Below are positions 19,323 through 28,846 of a stretch of 64,000 nt of DNA, in pieces (position 1 is the stretch's first letter; every line of letters starts with the position of its first letter). Origin of the DNA: a virus. The position numbers and the translations under genes are program-made. The notes beneath the pieces are model-generated. The model made no database searches. It was given only the letters and a program-made list of their open reading frames with translations, and had not been told where the DNA came from. The stretch covers positions 1-64,000 of IMG/VR virus record IMGVR_UViG_3300023243_000009, one strand, 5' to 3'.

Positions 19323-19769
19323 TTATATTTCTTCTAGTTCGGGTTTTGCTTCAGGTTCTTTGGAGGTTGATTCTGTATCGTCCCCTAAATCTCCAGCATC
19401 TTTTGATGAAGCGCCATAAGATAAAATTCGAGATACGGATTGTGCCGCTCTTTCTTCTTCATCTAAATTAAGTAAATAATATTTTTTACCCTCAATTTGC
19501 GCTATCCATGTTCTGTCAGTGAATATAAGTAGAAAATTTTGCCCATTCAACAGATTTACACGAAAAGTTGTAGGACGTGGTGCTACCCAATCTAAGGATT
19601 CTAAAAATTTATCAAAATCTGTTGAAAGTAGATCTACGATTACTGATTTAAGTTCAGGGAACTTTGAAAGTTCATCATATGCTAATGCCTTATCATCAGA
19701 TTTTAATTTATCTTGATATAAGGGCTTAGCTAGATTTTTTATTTTATCTCTTAGTTCTGACTTTGTCAT
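19323..19769 (-). CDS. Hypothetical protein
   Basis: 148 aa; [11 protein letters not shown] leader and acidic tail. Confidence 0.65.
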   Translation of the reverse strand: MTKSELRDKIKNLAKPLYQDKLKSDDKALAYDELSKFPELKSVIVDLLSTDFDKFLESLDWVAPRPTTFRVNLLNGQNFLLIFTDRTWIAQIEGKKYYLLNLDEEERAAQSVSRILSYGASSKDAGDLGDDTESTSKEPEAKPELEEI

Positions 19770-20920
19770 TATTTAAATGTATTATTGGCATTTTTTAACA
19801 TAGCAATCATTTTCTTAATTTTAAGCTGTTGGTCTATGGGAAGTTTTTCTAATCTATCTTCCTCTTTTGCTTTAGCCCATTCTTCCTCAGACATTCCTTC
19901 ATTAGTAGATTTAAGATTTAATTCTTTTGCTTTAGATTCAGCTTCTTCCCTAGATTTAAATCTATAAGTTCCAGTTATACTTTTATTAGTAGTTTTTGAA
20001 CCTGATTTAACTTCGGTTTTACCTGTATCTTTATTTGTAACTAAATAATAAATTTGAGAAGATTCATTTATATCTCTGTTGATTGCGGGTTCAGATATCA
20101 TAGCATCAATTTGATCTACTTTTTCTTCACCGTCTAAATAATGTTTAGCCGATACCATTAAATCGCGTGCCTTAATCACTTTACCTTGCCACCAATGTGG
20201 GAAGTCTACTTCACCACCTTGATCGTATTTATCTAACATTTTATACAGTTCACCTGCGTATTTTGCAATGCGGTATAAATCTTTTTTTAGCATTCGTGGT
20301 TCATTGTCTTGATGTCCTACATCTAGATCTTCATTCATTTTTCTTATTAAATGAAGTTCTTGTTCTTTATCCCATTTGTAGTTTTTAGAATCGAAGTCTT
20401 TTAATTTTTTAGCTTTTTGGTATTCTGCAGGTGATAACGCGTCTTGTTTAAGTAAATTATTAGCTTCATTAATATCTTTTTCATCGCTACTAGCACCAAA
20501 TGTTTTATGAACTAAATTGTCTAGTTTAGTGTGGGATTTGTTTTCTTCTTTTGCACTTAGATCTTCTCCAATTTCACCTTTAGACATTTGAGCTACATAA
20601 GCGGCTTTAGGGTCTTTGGGTAATGTGTCTATTTCTCCACTTCTAACCTTCTGCATGAAGTATATTTTAGCTTTATCGTCTAATAATTGCTCATTAGTGG
20701 TTTTAGGTTTTGATAAAGTGGATTTAATTAATTCTTTAATATTTTCTTTGTTCATGTCTTCTACTTTTTTCTTAGCTTGTTTAGTTGCTATACCATACAT
20801 AACTTTCTCCGCATCCTTACCATACTTTTTAACTAAGGATTTCTTATTTTGTTTTAGCCCTTGAAGAGCACTTTCGCGCTTTTCAAGTTCATTTTTAGTA
20901 AGTTTGCGTTCGTTAAGCAT
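19769..20920 (-). CDS. Multi-module putative virion polyprotein
   Basis: Modules delimited by MLNE, TTNE, DINE (x2), KMNE, MISE, STNE. Confidence 0.65.
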   Translation of the reverse strand: MLNERKLTKNELEKRESALQGLKQNKKSLVKKYGKDAEKVMYGIATKQAKKKVEDMNKENIKELIKSTLSKPKTTNEQLLDDKAKIYFMQKVRSGEIDTLPKDPKAAYVAQMSKGEIGEDLSAKEENKSHTKLDNLVHKTFGASSDEKDINEANNLLKQDALSPAEYQKAKKLKDFDSKNYKWDKEQELHLIRKMNEDLDVGHQDNEPRMLKKDLYRIAKYAGELYKMLDKYDQGGEVDFPHWWQGKVIKARDLMVSAKHYLDGEEKVDQIDAMISEPAINRDINESSQIYYLVTNKDTGKTEVKSGSKTTNKSITGTYRFKSREEAESKAKELNLKSTNEGMSEEEWAKAKEEDRLEKLPIDQQLKIKKMIAMLKNANNTFK

Positions 20921-20923
20921 GTT

Positions 20924-21742
20924 TTATCTATTTACAACGTGTGTTCTAGTGAACATTGTAATAGTGTTACCAATTTGATCTGCTAATTTTTCATCCCCAA
21001 TAGCATTAGCATTATCAAATGCAACTTTAAGAGCATTTTGTATGTCTTGTTCATCTTGAGTTAAACCAGCTTCTGGGTCAATAGCATCTACATCTCCTCC
21101 ACCTACATCTTCTCCTTCTTCTTCATCCCCAACTTCTACTTCAACATCCTCTTCTTCATCATCTTTAGCTTCAGCTAAGTTTCCAGAACCCATATTAATG
21201 TCTTGTGAAAATTCTTGCATTTGGTATGATAAGTATTCAATTACATCACCCACATCAAATGCATCCCCATTATCAACCATATCTTCATAAATTTCACTAA
21301 ATTTATTTAGAAATTGACTTTTTAATCTTTCATTAGTTAAACCATCAATACGAGAAAATACTTCGCCCGTTATTTCATTTAATTGAGACATTAATTCATC
21401 TTCTAATGTAGTATCTTCTTCATTTAAAGTTGAAAGAATATCTTCTTTAATTTTTGCCTTTAATTCAGATACCTTCATCTTAGTTGGAGATGAGGTTTCT
21501 TCTAAACCCTTATCCGCTATATAGTTTTTAAAATCTTCAACATAATCCTCTACGTCCTCAAATTCATCATTTGAGTTTTTTAAAGAGACCATGTATTGAT
21601 TAATTTCTGAGTCTGAGCCTACAGATGTTAATGCTGCTTTTATATCCCCATCTATGCCTTCAGTTAGTGTAGATTTAGATTGGTTTTTTAAATTAGTTAA
21701 GGGATTATTCCTTAGGTATTCTATGTAATTAAATTCAGTCAT
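20924..21742 (-). CDS. Acidic putative internal head protein
   Basis: LTE/LEE/LNE/LAE sites; late promoter TATTTATA at 21755-21762. Confidence 0.6.
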   Translation of the reverse strand: MTEFNYIEYLRNNPLTNLKNQSKSTLTEGIDGDIKAALTSVGSDSEINQYMVSLKNSNDEFEDVEDYVEDFKNYIADKGLEETSSPTKMKVSELKAKIKEDILSTLNEEDTTLEDELMSQLNEITGEVFSRIDGLTNERLKSQFLNKFSEIYEDMVDNGDAFDVGDVIEYLSYQMQEFSQDINMGSGNLAEAKDDEEEDVEVEVGDEEEGEDVGGGDVDAIDPEAGLTQDEQDIQNALKVAFDNANAIGDEKLADQIGNTITMFTRTHVVNR

Positions 21743-21781
21743 TTTAATTTTGTTTATAAATATTATTATATTGGTTGTGCA

Positions 21782-22483
21782 TTATCCTTTAAAATCTGTT
21801 TGTTTTTTACCTTTAAATTTAATATTCCCTTTACATACTTTTACAGCACGTCCAGATAAATACGCTGAGGATTTTTCACCAGCAGATTTTCTAGATTTAA
21901 TGTAATCTTGTCCTCTTTTACAAAGTGTAGATTCGTTTAGCCCCATCCCTTCTTCTTCAGTGTCCTTAATAATTTGCATTAAGATAGTAGATAAAGTATC
22001 TTTATCTAAGCCTTTAGTTTTTCCACCTGGGAAGTATTTAGAATACCCTTCAGGGTTTTCCATTATAAATTTAAGGGTCTCTTTAATGGGGTTTTTAGAG
22101 GTTTCATTTAAATCACCTACAATTTTAAAGTTTTTACCCTTATATGCTTTTAGCTTAGCTATTTTTAGAGCTTCCTCTTCAGACGAAGCTTCAACTTCTA
22201 TTTCTTCATCGTCATAGTCATCATTTTTATATATCCAATATTGCACTACATACTTTTTATTAGCTACCCCATCTTCATTTAAAGCTAAATCCGTAAATGC
22301 ACTAGCAATTATATATTTTAATTGGGATTTTTCTATAGAACTCTCGAATTTATCAGGGAATTCTTTAGTAATTTGGTTACATAAAGTATCAACTCTTTGT
22401 TTTGCTTTTAAATCTGCATCCTCTAGGTTATTTTCCAGTAAGTTATTTCGATTCCAAGCGTATATGTCAAAATTATCTTTCAT
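21782..22483 (-). CDS. Modular putative internal head protein
   Basis: LLE/LNE sites; late promoter at 22499-22506; C-terminal LCKRG...SSAYLSGRAVKVCKG module. Confidence 0.6.
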   Translation of the reverse strand: MKDNFDIYAWNRNNLLENNLEDADLKAKQRVDTLCNQITKEFPDKFESSIEKSQLKYIIASAFTDLALNEDGVANKKYVVQYWIYKNDDYDDEEIEVEASSEEEALKIAKLKAYKGKNFKIVGDLNETSKNPIKETLKFIMENPEGYSKYFPGGKTKGLDKDTLSTILMQIIKDTEEEGMGLNESTLCKRGQDYIKSRKSAGEKSSAYLSGRAVKVCKGNIKFKGKKQTDFKG

Positions 22484-22513
22484 TATTATGGTATATGTTA
22501 TAAATATGTAAAG

Positions 22514-23089
22514 TTAGGATTTAAGCGATCCTAGGTATTCTATTACGGATGTTTGGTATTCTTCTACTTTGGATTTATCTAGTTTACCAACCCATTTTTC
22601 TACATCTCCTTGTTCAGATATAAAGGAATCATTAGAGGTATTTAGTTGTTCTTGAACCCATATTTTAAATTCCGCTATGCGATTATCAATTTCGTTATTT
22701 TTGATTTTACGTTCGTATTTTTCCCATCCACCATCTTTTCTAATTTCATGTTCCATGTCTATAACACAATTGAAACATTTTTTATGTAAATTGTAAAAGG
22801 GTTTATCGTTACGGTTTTTCATTACTTTTTTACAATTAGGACAAAGTAAGGGCATAACGTGTGCCTTCTTTGCTTTATCTAATTTTGTAACGTTTTGTTT
22901 TATACCATTTTTTATAGTCCAAGTTCTCCCATCAACTTCCCAAATATCTCCTTCTTTATGAAATTCCTCAGCTTTAGAGAACCCAACACTAGAGTTGGAT
23001 TTTTCTCCCTGTTTACCAGTCATTAAATTACGTAAACGTTGAACATCACGTTCTTGGAATTGTTTTTTTAAAACATTTTCTTTACTCAT
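22514..23089 (-). CDS. Hypothetical Zn-binding protein
   Basis: CPNC...CFNC. Confidence 0.65.
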   Translation of the reverse strand: MSKENVLKKQFQERDVQRLRNLMTGKQGEKSNSSVGFSKAEEFHKEGDIWEVDGRTWTIKNGIKQNVTKLDKAKKAHVMPLLCPNCKKVMKNRNDKPFYNLHKKCFNCVIDMEHEIRKDGGWEKYERKIKNNEIDNRIAEFKIWVQEQLNTSNDSFISEQGDVEKWVGKLDKSKVEEYQTSVIEYLGSLKS

Positions 23090-25719
23090 TATAGTTTTAA
23101 TTTTTGTAACTGTTTAATTGTATCAAAGGTGTTGATGTGTAAAATTCCAACGCCACCTGCCTCTTCCCACTCTTCTATATTTTTTGCCCTATCATCAATT
23201 AATATTGAGGTAGGTGTTGCCAATTCCTTTTTCTGGGTTGCGTATTTTAAGATTAGTTGAGTACCTGGGATTTTGTGTTTTACCCATACTGCTTTACCTA
23301 TTCTTGAGGATTGATCTCTAGAGGGTGCTGATAGAAGTTTAGGTTTATATTGGTTAATGTAGTCCCATAATTGTTTTCCATCAGACATCCATTTTAAACC
23401 AGCCCAAAACCCAACACCTGCTTTTTTAATTGGATCCCAAAATTCTTCCCCTTCGGGTTTAAATTCACCTTGTAAATCTATACCTGTTAATTCTTCATAC
23501 CCACGTTCAAAATCAGCTAGTACACCATCTAGGTCGCAGTATATTTGGTATTCATTTTTCTCTTCTCTCAATCTTCCTAATTCCATAGCATATGTATTTA
23601 TACCAAAGGGGTCTTTATTATTATTTTCATTTTGAGGTAATGATATTATAATGGTTTCTCCATCCTCTTTTATATTAAAATTTTTAGATGTATGATTTTT
23701 TACTAATCTTTTAGAAAATATATGTCGAGAATGGGATATGGGTTTAATATATAATTTATTAGATAAACCTTTATTTTTTGTGAAAAAAGGTAATATTTCA
23801 TCCCTATAGATTTTAGCTATAGTATTTCTACGTTTTAAATTATCCATCCCTGTTGTATTAGGAGGAAGATGTGGATCATATGTTGGATCTGATAAATTGT
23901 TGTCTTTAAACCATCCTGTTTTAAATTCAAAATAGGGATTACTACTTAAAGGAGTAAAAAATATTCTAGCAAAATATAAATTGTTGTATGAATCTTTATA
24001 AGTAAAAAAACCTTTTACATTAGATTCAACATATTCAAATCTTTCACCATCAGGATTAACAACTTCAGACATTAATTGATCTTCTTCTTCAAATAAAATT
24101 TCTTCATTTAAACTGTCAGTCCAATTCCTGAATGTCATTGTACCTTTTAAATTGGCTTCAGCTTCAATATTGTTTAGGTTATCGTCTTCTTGTGTATTAG
24201 TTGTAGTGATTGCACCCAATCTACCCTCTAAATTTTGTATATGGTGGACCATTTCATGTGCAAATGAACGTACAATATCCTTGGGATGTCTGCCCTCGGT
24301 GTATAATGTGATTGTTTGGTTGTTCGGGTTATAATACGCGGTTTTACCTAGAAATTCACGTGCATTATCACGGTTACCGTTTACGAATTTAACTTTAGGT
24401 AAAGGTTTGATGTTCATACCCTTAGTTAACATATGTTTAGTTAATTCTAATATTTTTTCCTTAACATCTATATCTTTAGAATATGAAGCATTTTCGTTAA
24501 GATTTTTTTTACGTTTTAAAACTATAAATCTCCCTTTGCCTTGTGGGGTATCAAATCCCAGACTAACATCCTTTCTAAAATATCCGGGTATATTATTGGT
24601 TTTTGTATTTGTTAAATTAGCATATATTTTATGGTAGTTTTTACTCCCGTCATTATCTAATGATGCTATCCCAACGTATTCCGGTTTTTGTTTTTCTATA
24701 AAATCTACTATAACCTTATACATAGTAGATAATATTTTTATGTAATTTTCTTTACCACCTTGAGGAATAGATGTAGTGTTTTCTTCAGGGGTAAATTGGA
24801 TATTATAAAATAATCCTAGATCTTTATAAGGGTTAGGAATATTTTTAATACTATAAGTATAGGTAATATTTCCTACTTTAAAACTACCCCCTGTTAAATC
24901 TCCACTTATTTCTACAGCATTATCTTTGGATAATGAGATTTCGTTTAGAGTGTACCATAAATTTTCGGTTAGAGTTTTTTGATAGTTAAATTTAGAGATA
25001 TTTAATTCAAGGGTGGAATTTTCATTTAGAAATGGGGTATTATCATGCCCACATTTGTGACATATAAATAAATCGTCTCCTCCATCTTTTATATCCCAAC
25101 TCCAATCACAATTATCACATTCGATTTTTCCGCCTACTATAGCTTCAGTTACAATGTTATTTAACATGACAAATATATCTGTTTTTTCTTTATCGTTTAA
25201 AAAATCAGGTAAAAAATTATTTAATTTTTCTGGGGAAATTTTGGCGGCATTTCGTGCGGATGTTCCAGATATACCTCCGGTTGTGATTATAGTACGAAGT
25301 TCTAGATTTGGATATTTAGACATACCACTGGTACGTGAAGCTATATCTTTAAAATCATCTTCGTTTTCTTCTCTTGCCCCTATAATCCAAAGAACTTCAG
25401 TATTTGGGTTTTCTTTAGCATAGTTGTAAACTAGTTGGATTGGAGGTTTAGTGGCTTCTATGTATTTTACTTTAAAAGGTAAATATTTCCCATATATTTC
25501 CCATATCTTTAAAGATATTTCTTGGGATATACCATCTCTTTCACCTTTACCTATGTATACTATTACTTCATCCATTTCTGGGTTTTGGTCTATAGCTTCT
25601 TGTAGAACTTGAAAATGGCCCTTAGTGGGTGGTTTAAACCCCCCAGCATACACCCCAACACTCTTTTGTTTTTCTTCTTCAGGTAAGAGATTTTTAATTA
25701 ATTCATTAACTAAATTCAT
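23089..25719 (-). CDS. Polyvalent protein: HIGH-family nucleotidyltransferase + Zn ribbon + zincin metallopeptidase + HAD 5'(3')-nucleotidase-like domain
   Basis: GVYAGGFKPPTKGH; CDNC...CHKC; RSFAHEMVHHIQ; IYCDLDGVLADF...LLSAP...LIDDR; linkers end in VTE/FLNE/TLNE/NLNE/SLNE. Confidence 0.8.
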   Translation of the reverse strand: MNLVNELIKNLLPEEEKQKSVGVYAGGFKPPTKGHFQVLQEAIDQNPEMDEVIVYIGKGERDGISQEISLKIWEIYGKYLPFKVKYIEATKPPIQLVYNYAKENPNTEVLWIIGAREENEDDFKDIASRTSGMSKYPNLELRTIITTGGISGTSARNAAKISPEKLNNFLPDFLNDKEKTDIFVMLNNIVTEAIVGGKIECDNCDWSWDIKDGGDDLFICHKCGHDNTPFLNENSTLELNISKFNYQKTLTENLWYTLNEISLSKDNAVEISGDLTGGSFKVGNITYTYSIKNIPNPYKDLGLFYNIQFTPEENTTSIPQGGKENYIKILSTMYKVIVDFIEKQKPEYVGIASLDNDGSKNYHKIYANLTNTKTNNIPGYFRKDVSLGFDTPQGKGRFIVLKRKKNLNENASYSKDIDVKEKILELTKHMLTKGMNIKPLPKVKFVNGNRDNAREFLGKTAYYNPNNQTITLYTEGRHPKDIVRSFAHEMVHHIQNLEGRLGAITTTNTQEDDNLNNIEAEANLKGTMTFRNWTDSLNEEILFEEEDQLMSEVVNPDGERFEYVESNVKGFFTYKDSYNNLYFARIFFTPLSSNPYFEFKTGWFKDNNLSDPTYDPHLPPNTTGMDNLKRRNTIAKIYRDEILPFFTKNKGLSNKLYIKPISHSRHIFSKRLVKNHTSKNFNIKEDGETIIISLPQNENNNKDPFGINTYAMELGRLREEKNEYQIYCDLDGVLADFERGYEELTGIDLQGEFKPEGEEFWDPIKKAGVGFWAGLKWMSDGKQLWDYINQYKPKLLSAPSRDQSSRIGKAVWVKHKIPGTQLILKYATQKKELATPTSILIDDRAKNIEEWEEAGGVGILHINTFDTIKQLQKLKL

Positions 25720-26519
25720 TAAGATAAAAATTGTTTTATTTTGGATTGTGCCTCCTCTTTAGATACAGAGCTGTTGATAATATTAGCTACAGATTCATCT
25801 TTAAGTAAATTTGTAGTTTCTTGATTTAATTCTTCTTTAGCTTTATCTGAACGAATTTGTGATTTAGCATCTTTAGGTTTAGTATTTTCAGGAGCAAATG
25901 GTGTTAGATATTTTTTAATAATTGATTCTACATCTCCTAATTTTTCATCCTCTAAAGTATTTGCTACAGATACAAAATTAATACCAAATAACTTTTTATA
26001 AGATTCATAATTTTTTGTTACATTAACCCACGTACGCAACACTATAGCGGGGGCTAAACTTCTATCTTCACCCCCGGATTTTTCAAATCTATCTTGATTT
26101 TGTTTAAGTGAGCGTTCTAAATCTGTGTAAACATATAACATAAATACATCATAACCTGCTTCTTCTAATTTGTTTTTTAGTTCTGAGGTTTGGTTAAATG
26201 AAGAGGCTGTCCCGTCTAATATAAAAGATTCTTTATTTTCTATAGCATTAGGGATTTGTTCTTTTTTGAGTTTAGATGTTGCCTGTGCCATTGCTTGGGC
26301 TGCTTTACTTCTAGATTCGGCATCATGAGATTTTAAATCTAAAGATACATTTGATTGTTTAAGTAAATCTATAAAAGTATTATCTAAATTAAACGTAGTT
26401 AAATTACCTAAATTTAAACCTTTCAAAATAAACCCTTTACCAGCACCCGGGGCGCCAGCTAATATGATAGTTTTTGGGCTACCTTGTATTTCTTTTAAAA
26501 GTTCCATTAAACTTACCAT
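25719..26519 (-). CDS. P-loop kinase, zeta-toxin/AAA_33-like
   Basis: ILAGAPGAGKG Walker A, FILDGT, GYDVFMLYVYTDLERSLKQNQDR; late promoter at 26534-26541. Confidence 0.75.
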   Translation of the reverse strand: MVSLMELLKEIQGSPKTIILAGAPGAGKGFILKGLNLGNLTTFNLDNTFIDLLKQSNVSLDLKSHDAESRSKAAQAMAQATSKLKKEQIPNAIENKESFILDGTASSFNQTSELKNKLEEAGYDVFMLYVYTDLERSLKQNQDRFEKSGGEDRSLAPAIVLRTWVNVTKNYESYKKLFGINFVSVANTLEDEKLGDVESIIKKYLTPFAPENTKPKDAKSQIRSDKAKEELNQETTNLLKDESVANIINSSVSKEEAQSKIKQFLS

Positions 26520-26565
26520 AATATGTATTTTATTATAAATATATAGTTAAATAGGTAAAAACATT

Positions 26566-27351
26566 TTAAACATAACTATAAGCTAATTCTGAAAGTTCAG
26601 AGTTAATCTTGATATCTTGAGATATAGAATTTATACCTAATAGTTTGTTGCCTTTTAAATCTAATAATCTAAAGGGTTGTGTTAAGTTTTCTTGTATACG
26701 ATTAAACACATTCCATAAATTGTTACCTTCATCTTCAGATCTTACAGCTTTTAACAATTGAGAGGATTCTATAACTTTTTTATTACCAAATCTTTTTTTA
26801 GCTGATTTTAAAGCAAAATTAAATATTTCTTCAGGTGTTAAATCTTTCTTTTTTAAAAATGAAAATTCTTTTATAACTTCACTGGTTTGGATGTTTAAAT
26901 CACTTAATATTTTGTTTAAATTATAATAATTAGATTCATTATGATTTATGTTTTGTGCTTGAAGTGTATCTCTGCGTATCATACCATTTGAACAAACAAG
27001 CCTAAATACACCTAAATTTAAATCTAGGGGAGATGAACCATCACATGAATTACCTATTGTTAAATTAGCAATAGCTTCAGTTTTACCCTTAGAATTTAAC
27101 ATGCTAAAATCAGGATGTTCCATTTTTATAGTATGATCTTTAATTTGTTTTGTTTTTGGGTTTAGATTTTGGTATGAACCTTTAATTTTCCAACCTTTAT
27201 CTTGTAAGTTTTCAATTACATCTAAAGTTTCAATTTGAAAAGGTTTTGAACTTACCATTTGATTTGTACGATAATGTTTATCCAATGATGGGGTAAATGC
27301 TATTAACTTATCAATATTATTATTTAGTGTAATAAATTGTTTTTTAGTCAT
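26566..27351 (-). CDS. DUF932/DUF945-family protein (copy 1)
   Basis: NSCDGSSPLDLNLGVFRLVCSNGMI; NNLWNVFNRIQENL. Confidence 0.75.
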   Translation of the reverse strand: MTKKQFITLNNNIDKLIAFTPSLDKHYRTNQMVSSKPFQIETLDVIENLQDKGWKIKGSYQNLNPKTKQIKDHTIKMEHPDFSMLNSKGKTEAIANLTIGNSCDGSSPLDLNLGVFRLVCSNGMIRRDTLQAQNINHNESNYYNLNKILSDLNIQTSEVIKEFSFLKKKDLTPEEIFNFALKSAKKRFGNKKVIESSQLLKAVRSEDEGNNLWNVFNRIQENLTQPFRLLDLKGNKLLGINSISQDIKINSELSELAYSYV

Positions 27352-27363
27352 TTTTATATTTTT

Positions 27364-27498
27364 TTAGTTTTTAGAATATGTAGGTTTAACATTACCTTTT
27401 TTATCTACAATATAACCTGTTGGTTTTTGTAAATTTTGTTTTTTATTATAGCTACCTTTTAAAGTTTTACCACTACTACCTCCTGAACAATTTCCCAT
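27364..27498 (-). CDS. Small basic ORF (44 aa; not in the ORF track)
   Basis: Manual translation MGNCSGGSSGKTLKGSYNKKQNLQKPTGYIVDKKGNVKPTYSKN; a TTCGTATATT promoter element lies upstream. Confidence 0.4.
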   Translation of the reverse strand: MGNCSGGSSGKTLKGSYNKKQNLQKPTGYIVDKKGNVKPTYSKN

Positions 27499-27555
27499 AT
27501 TTTATATTTTATATTAAGTGATTAAATATACGAATAATTTTTAAAGTAACCAAAT

Positions 27556-28392
27556 CTATTCGCCATCGTTTATTAAAGGATAAGAATAATGTACTGAATC
27601 TTTATATATTGAAAAGTTTAATCTAAAATCTTTATCACAATCTCTATTTTTAGAGAAATGCATACTTCTTTCTAAACCGTCTTTTGAACGTTCTACATGA
27701 CACATAGCATCCGTCATATGCTTTAATCTATTAGAACCAGCAAAATCCCCCGCTTTAGTTTCTTGTTGAATATTTACAAAAGAAGTATAATACTCTCCTT
27801 TATTTTGACCTTTTTTATTCTTATCCTGTAAACTTAATAACCATATTTCAGCTGCCCCCATTGTTGACTTTTGAGAATCACGATACATATCTAATACTTC
27901 GGCTAAAGAATCGATTGCTATAACATCGTAACCTTGATTAAAAATGTATTCTAAAACATCTTTAACTTCATGGGAATGGTTTTTTAAAAATAAAGTTTGA
28001 ACACAATCAAATTTAGGTAAACGTTTACAATATTTGTAGTAAGCGATTTCATCCATTTCACCACTTACAAACAAACATTTGTAACCCTGCATTGTTAAGG
28101 AGGACATCATATCTAACACTATGGTAGATTTACCGGAACCGGGACCACCAGCAAATATCATATTGGTACCAGGCATTAAACCCCCACCAGTAGATAAAAT
28201 AATATCTAATTCACTATTAGTTTTTAAAGGACGAAATAATTCTTTTTTAAATTCTAATTGATTACCTCTTATTAATTTAATAGTTGAAGGGTCAAATATG
28301 GGATTTGAAGATATTATTTTTTTTCTTCCCCTAGTTTCAATACGTGATTTAGGACCATGTTTAACTACTTTACTACCCGTTTGTAAATTCAT
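27556..28392 (-). CDS. RecA-fold ATPase, RadA/Sms- or KaiC-like
   Basis: AGGPGSGKST Walker A, LFVSGEM, VIAIDSL Walker B, GDFAGSNRLKHMTDA, KNR. Confidence 0.75.
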   Translation of the reverse strand: MNLQTGSKVVKHGPKSRIETRGRKKIISSNPIFDPSTIKLIRGNQLEFKKELFRPLKTNSELDIILSTGGGLMPGTNMIFAGGPGSGKSTIVLDMMSSLTMQGYKCLFVSGEMDEIAYYKYCKRLPKFDCVQTLFLKNHSHEVKDVLEYIFNQGYDVIAIDSLAEVLDMYRDSQKSTMGAAEIWLLSLQDKNKKGQNKGEYYTSFVNIQQETKAGDFAGSNRLKHMTDAMCHVERSKDGLERSMHFSKNRDCDKDFRLNFSIYKDSVHYSYPLINDGE

Positions 28393-28454
28393 AACCTTTA
28401 TTGTTTTAATTGTTATTATACCTGAATATACAAAATTTCTATGGGGTAAACAAG
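28390..28454 (-). promoter_or_regulatory. Early promoter+leader+ATG repeat unit (displaced copy)
   Basis: Plus strand CATAACCTTTATTGTTTTAATT...GAATATAC, matching the copies at 54-62 kb. Confidence 0.85.
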
Positions 28455-28470
28455 TTTTTATATGGGTGTT

Positions 28471-28815
28471 TTAAGCCCCTATTGTTCTTGTAATCGATGT
28501 AGGAGTAACCTGGGAATCTATTTGTGATTGGATAGAAGTTTCTATTGAAGTTACTTGCTCTTCACCCATAACGGATTTTGTCCAACCAACAACTACGTCG
28601 TTTGTTAAATCCTCAAAAGGTACAAATTCTCCTTCAGGGTTAACCGTTAGCATTTGTGTGCCTATGTTACTTGCGCTATAAGCATTACCATCCGAATCTA
28701 ATTGGTCTGATGTTCCTGTTACTATCCAATGGATGTTATATACTACGTTGCTTTCATCACCTTCTAGAGGGTGTACGTCTACTGTTCTGCAATTCCATGT
28801 ATAAGTTGTTGTCAT
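28471..28815 (-). CDS. Hypothetical protein
   Basis: 114 aa, MTTTYTW...VVYNIHW...FVPFEDLT...VVGW. Confidence 0.7.
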   Translation of the reverse strand: MTTTYTWNCRTVDVHPLEGDESNVVYNIHWIVTGTSDQLDSDGNAYSASNIGTQMLTVNPEGEFVPFEDLTNDVVVGWTKSVMGEEQVTSIETSIQSQIDSQVTPTSITRTIGA

Positions 28816-28846
28816 AATTTTATAGGTTGTTTATATGTTATAAGTA

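Noticed and set aside
27364-27498. MGNC...S N-terminus resembling a eukaryotic myristoylation/palmitoylation signal
   Set aside because: Bacterial host context and a very short motif; likely coincidence.
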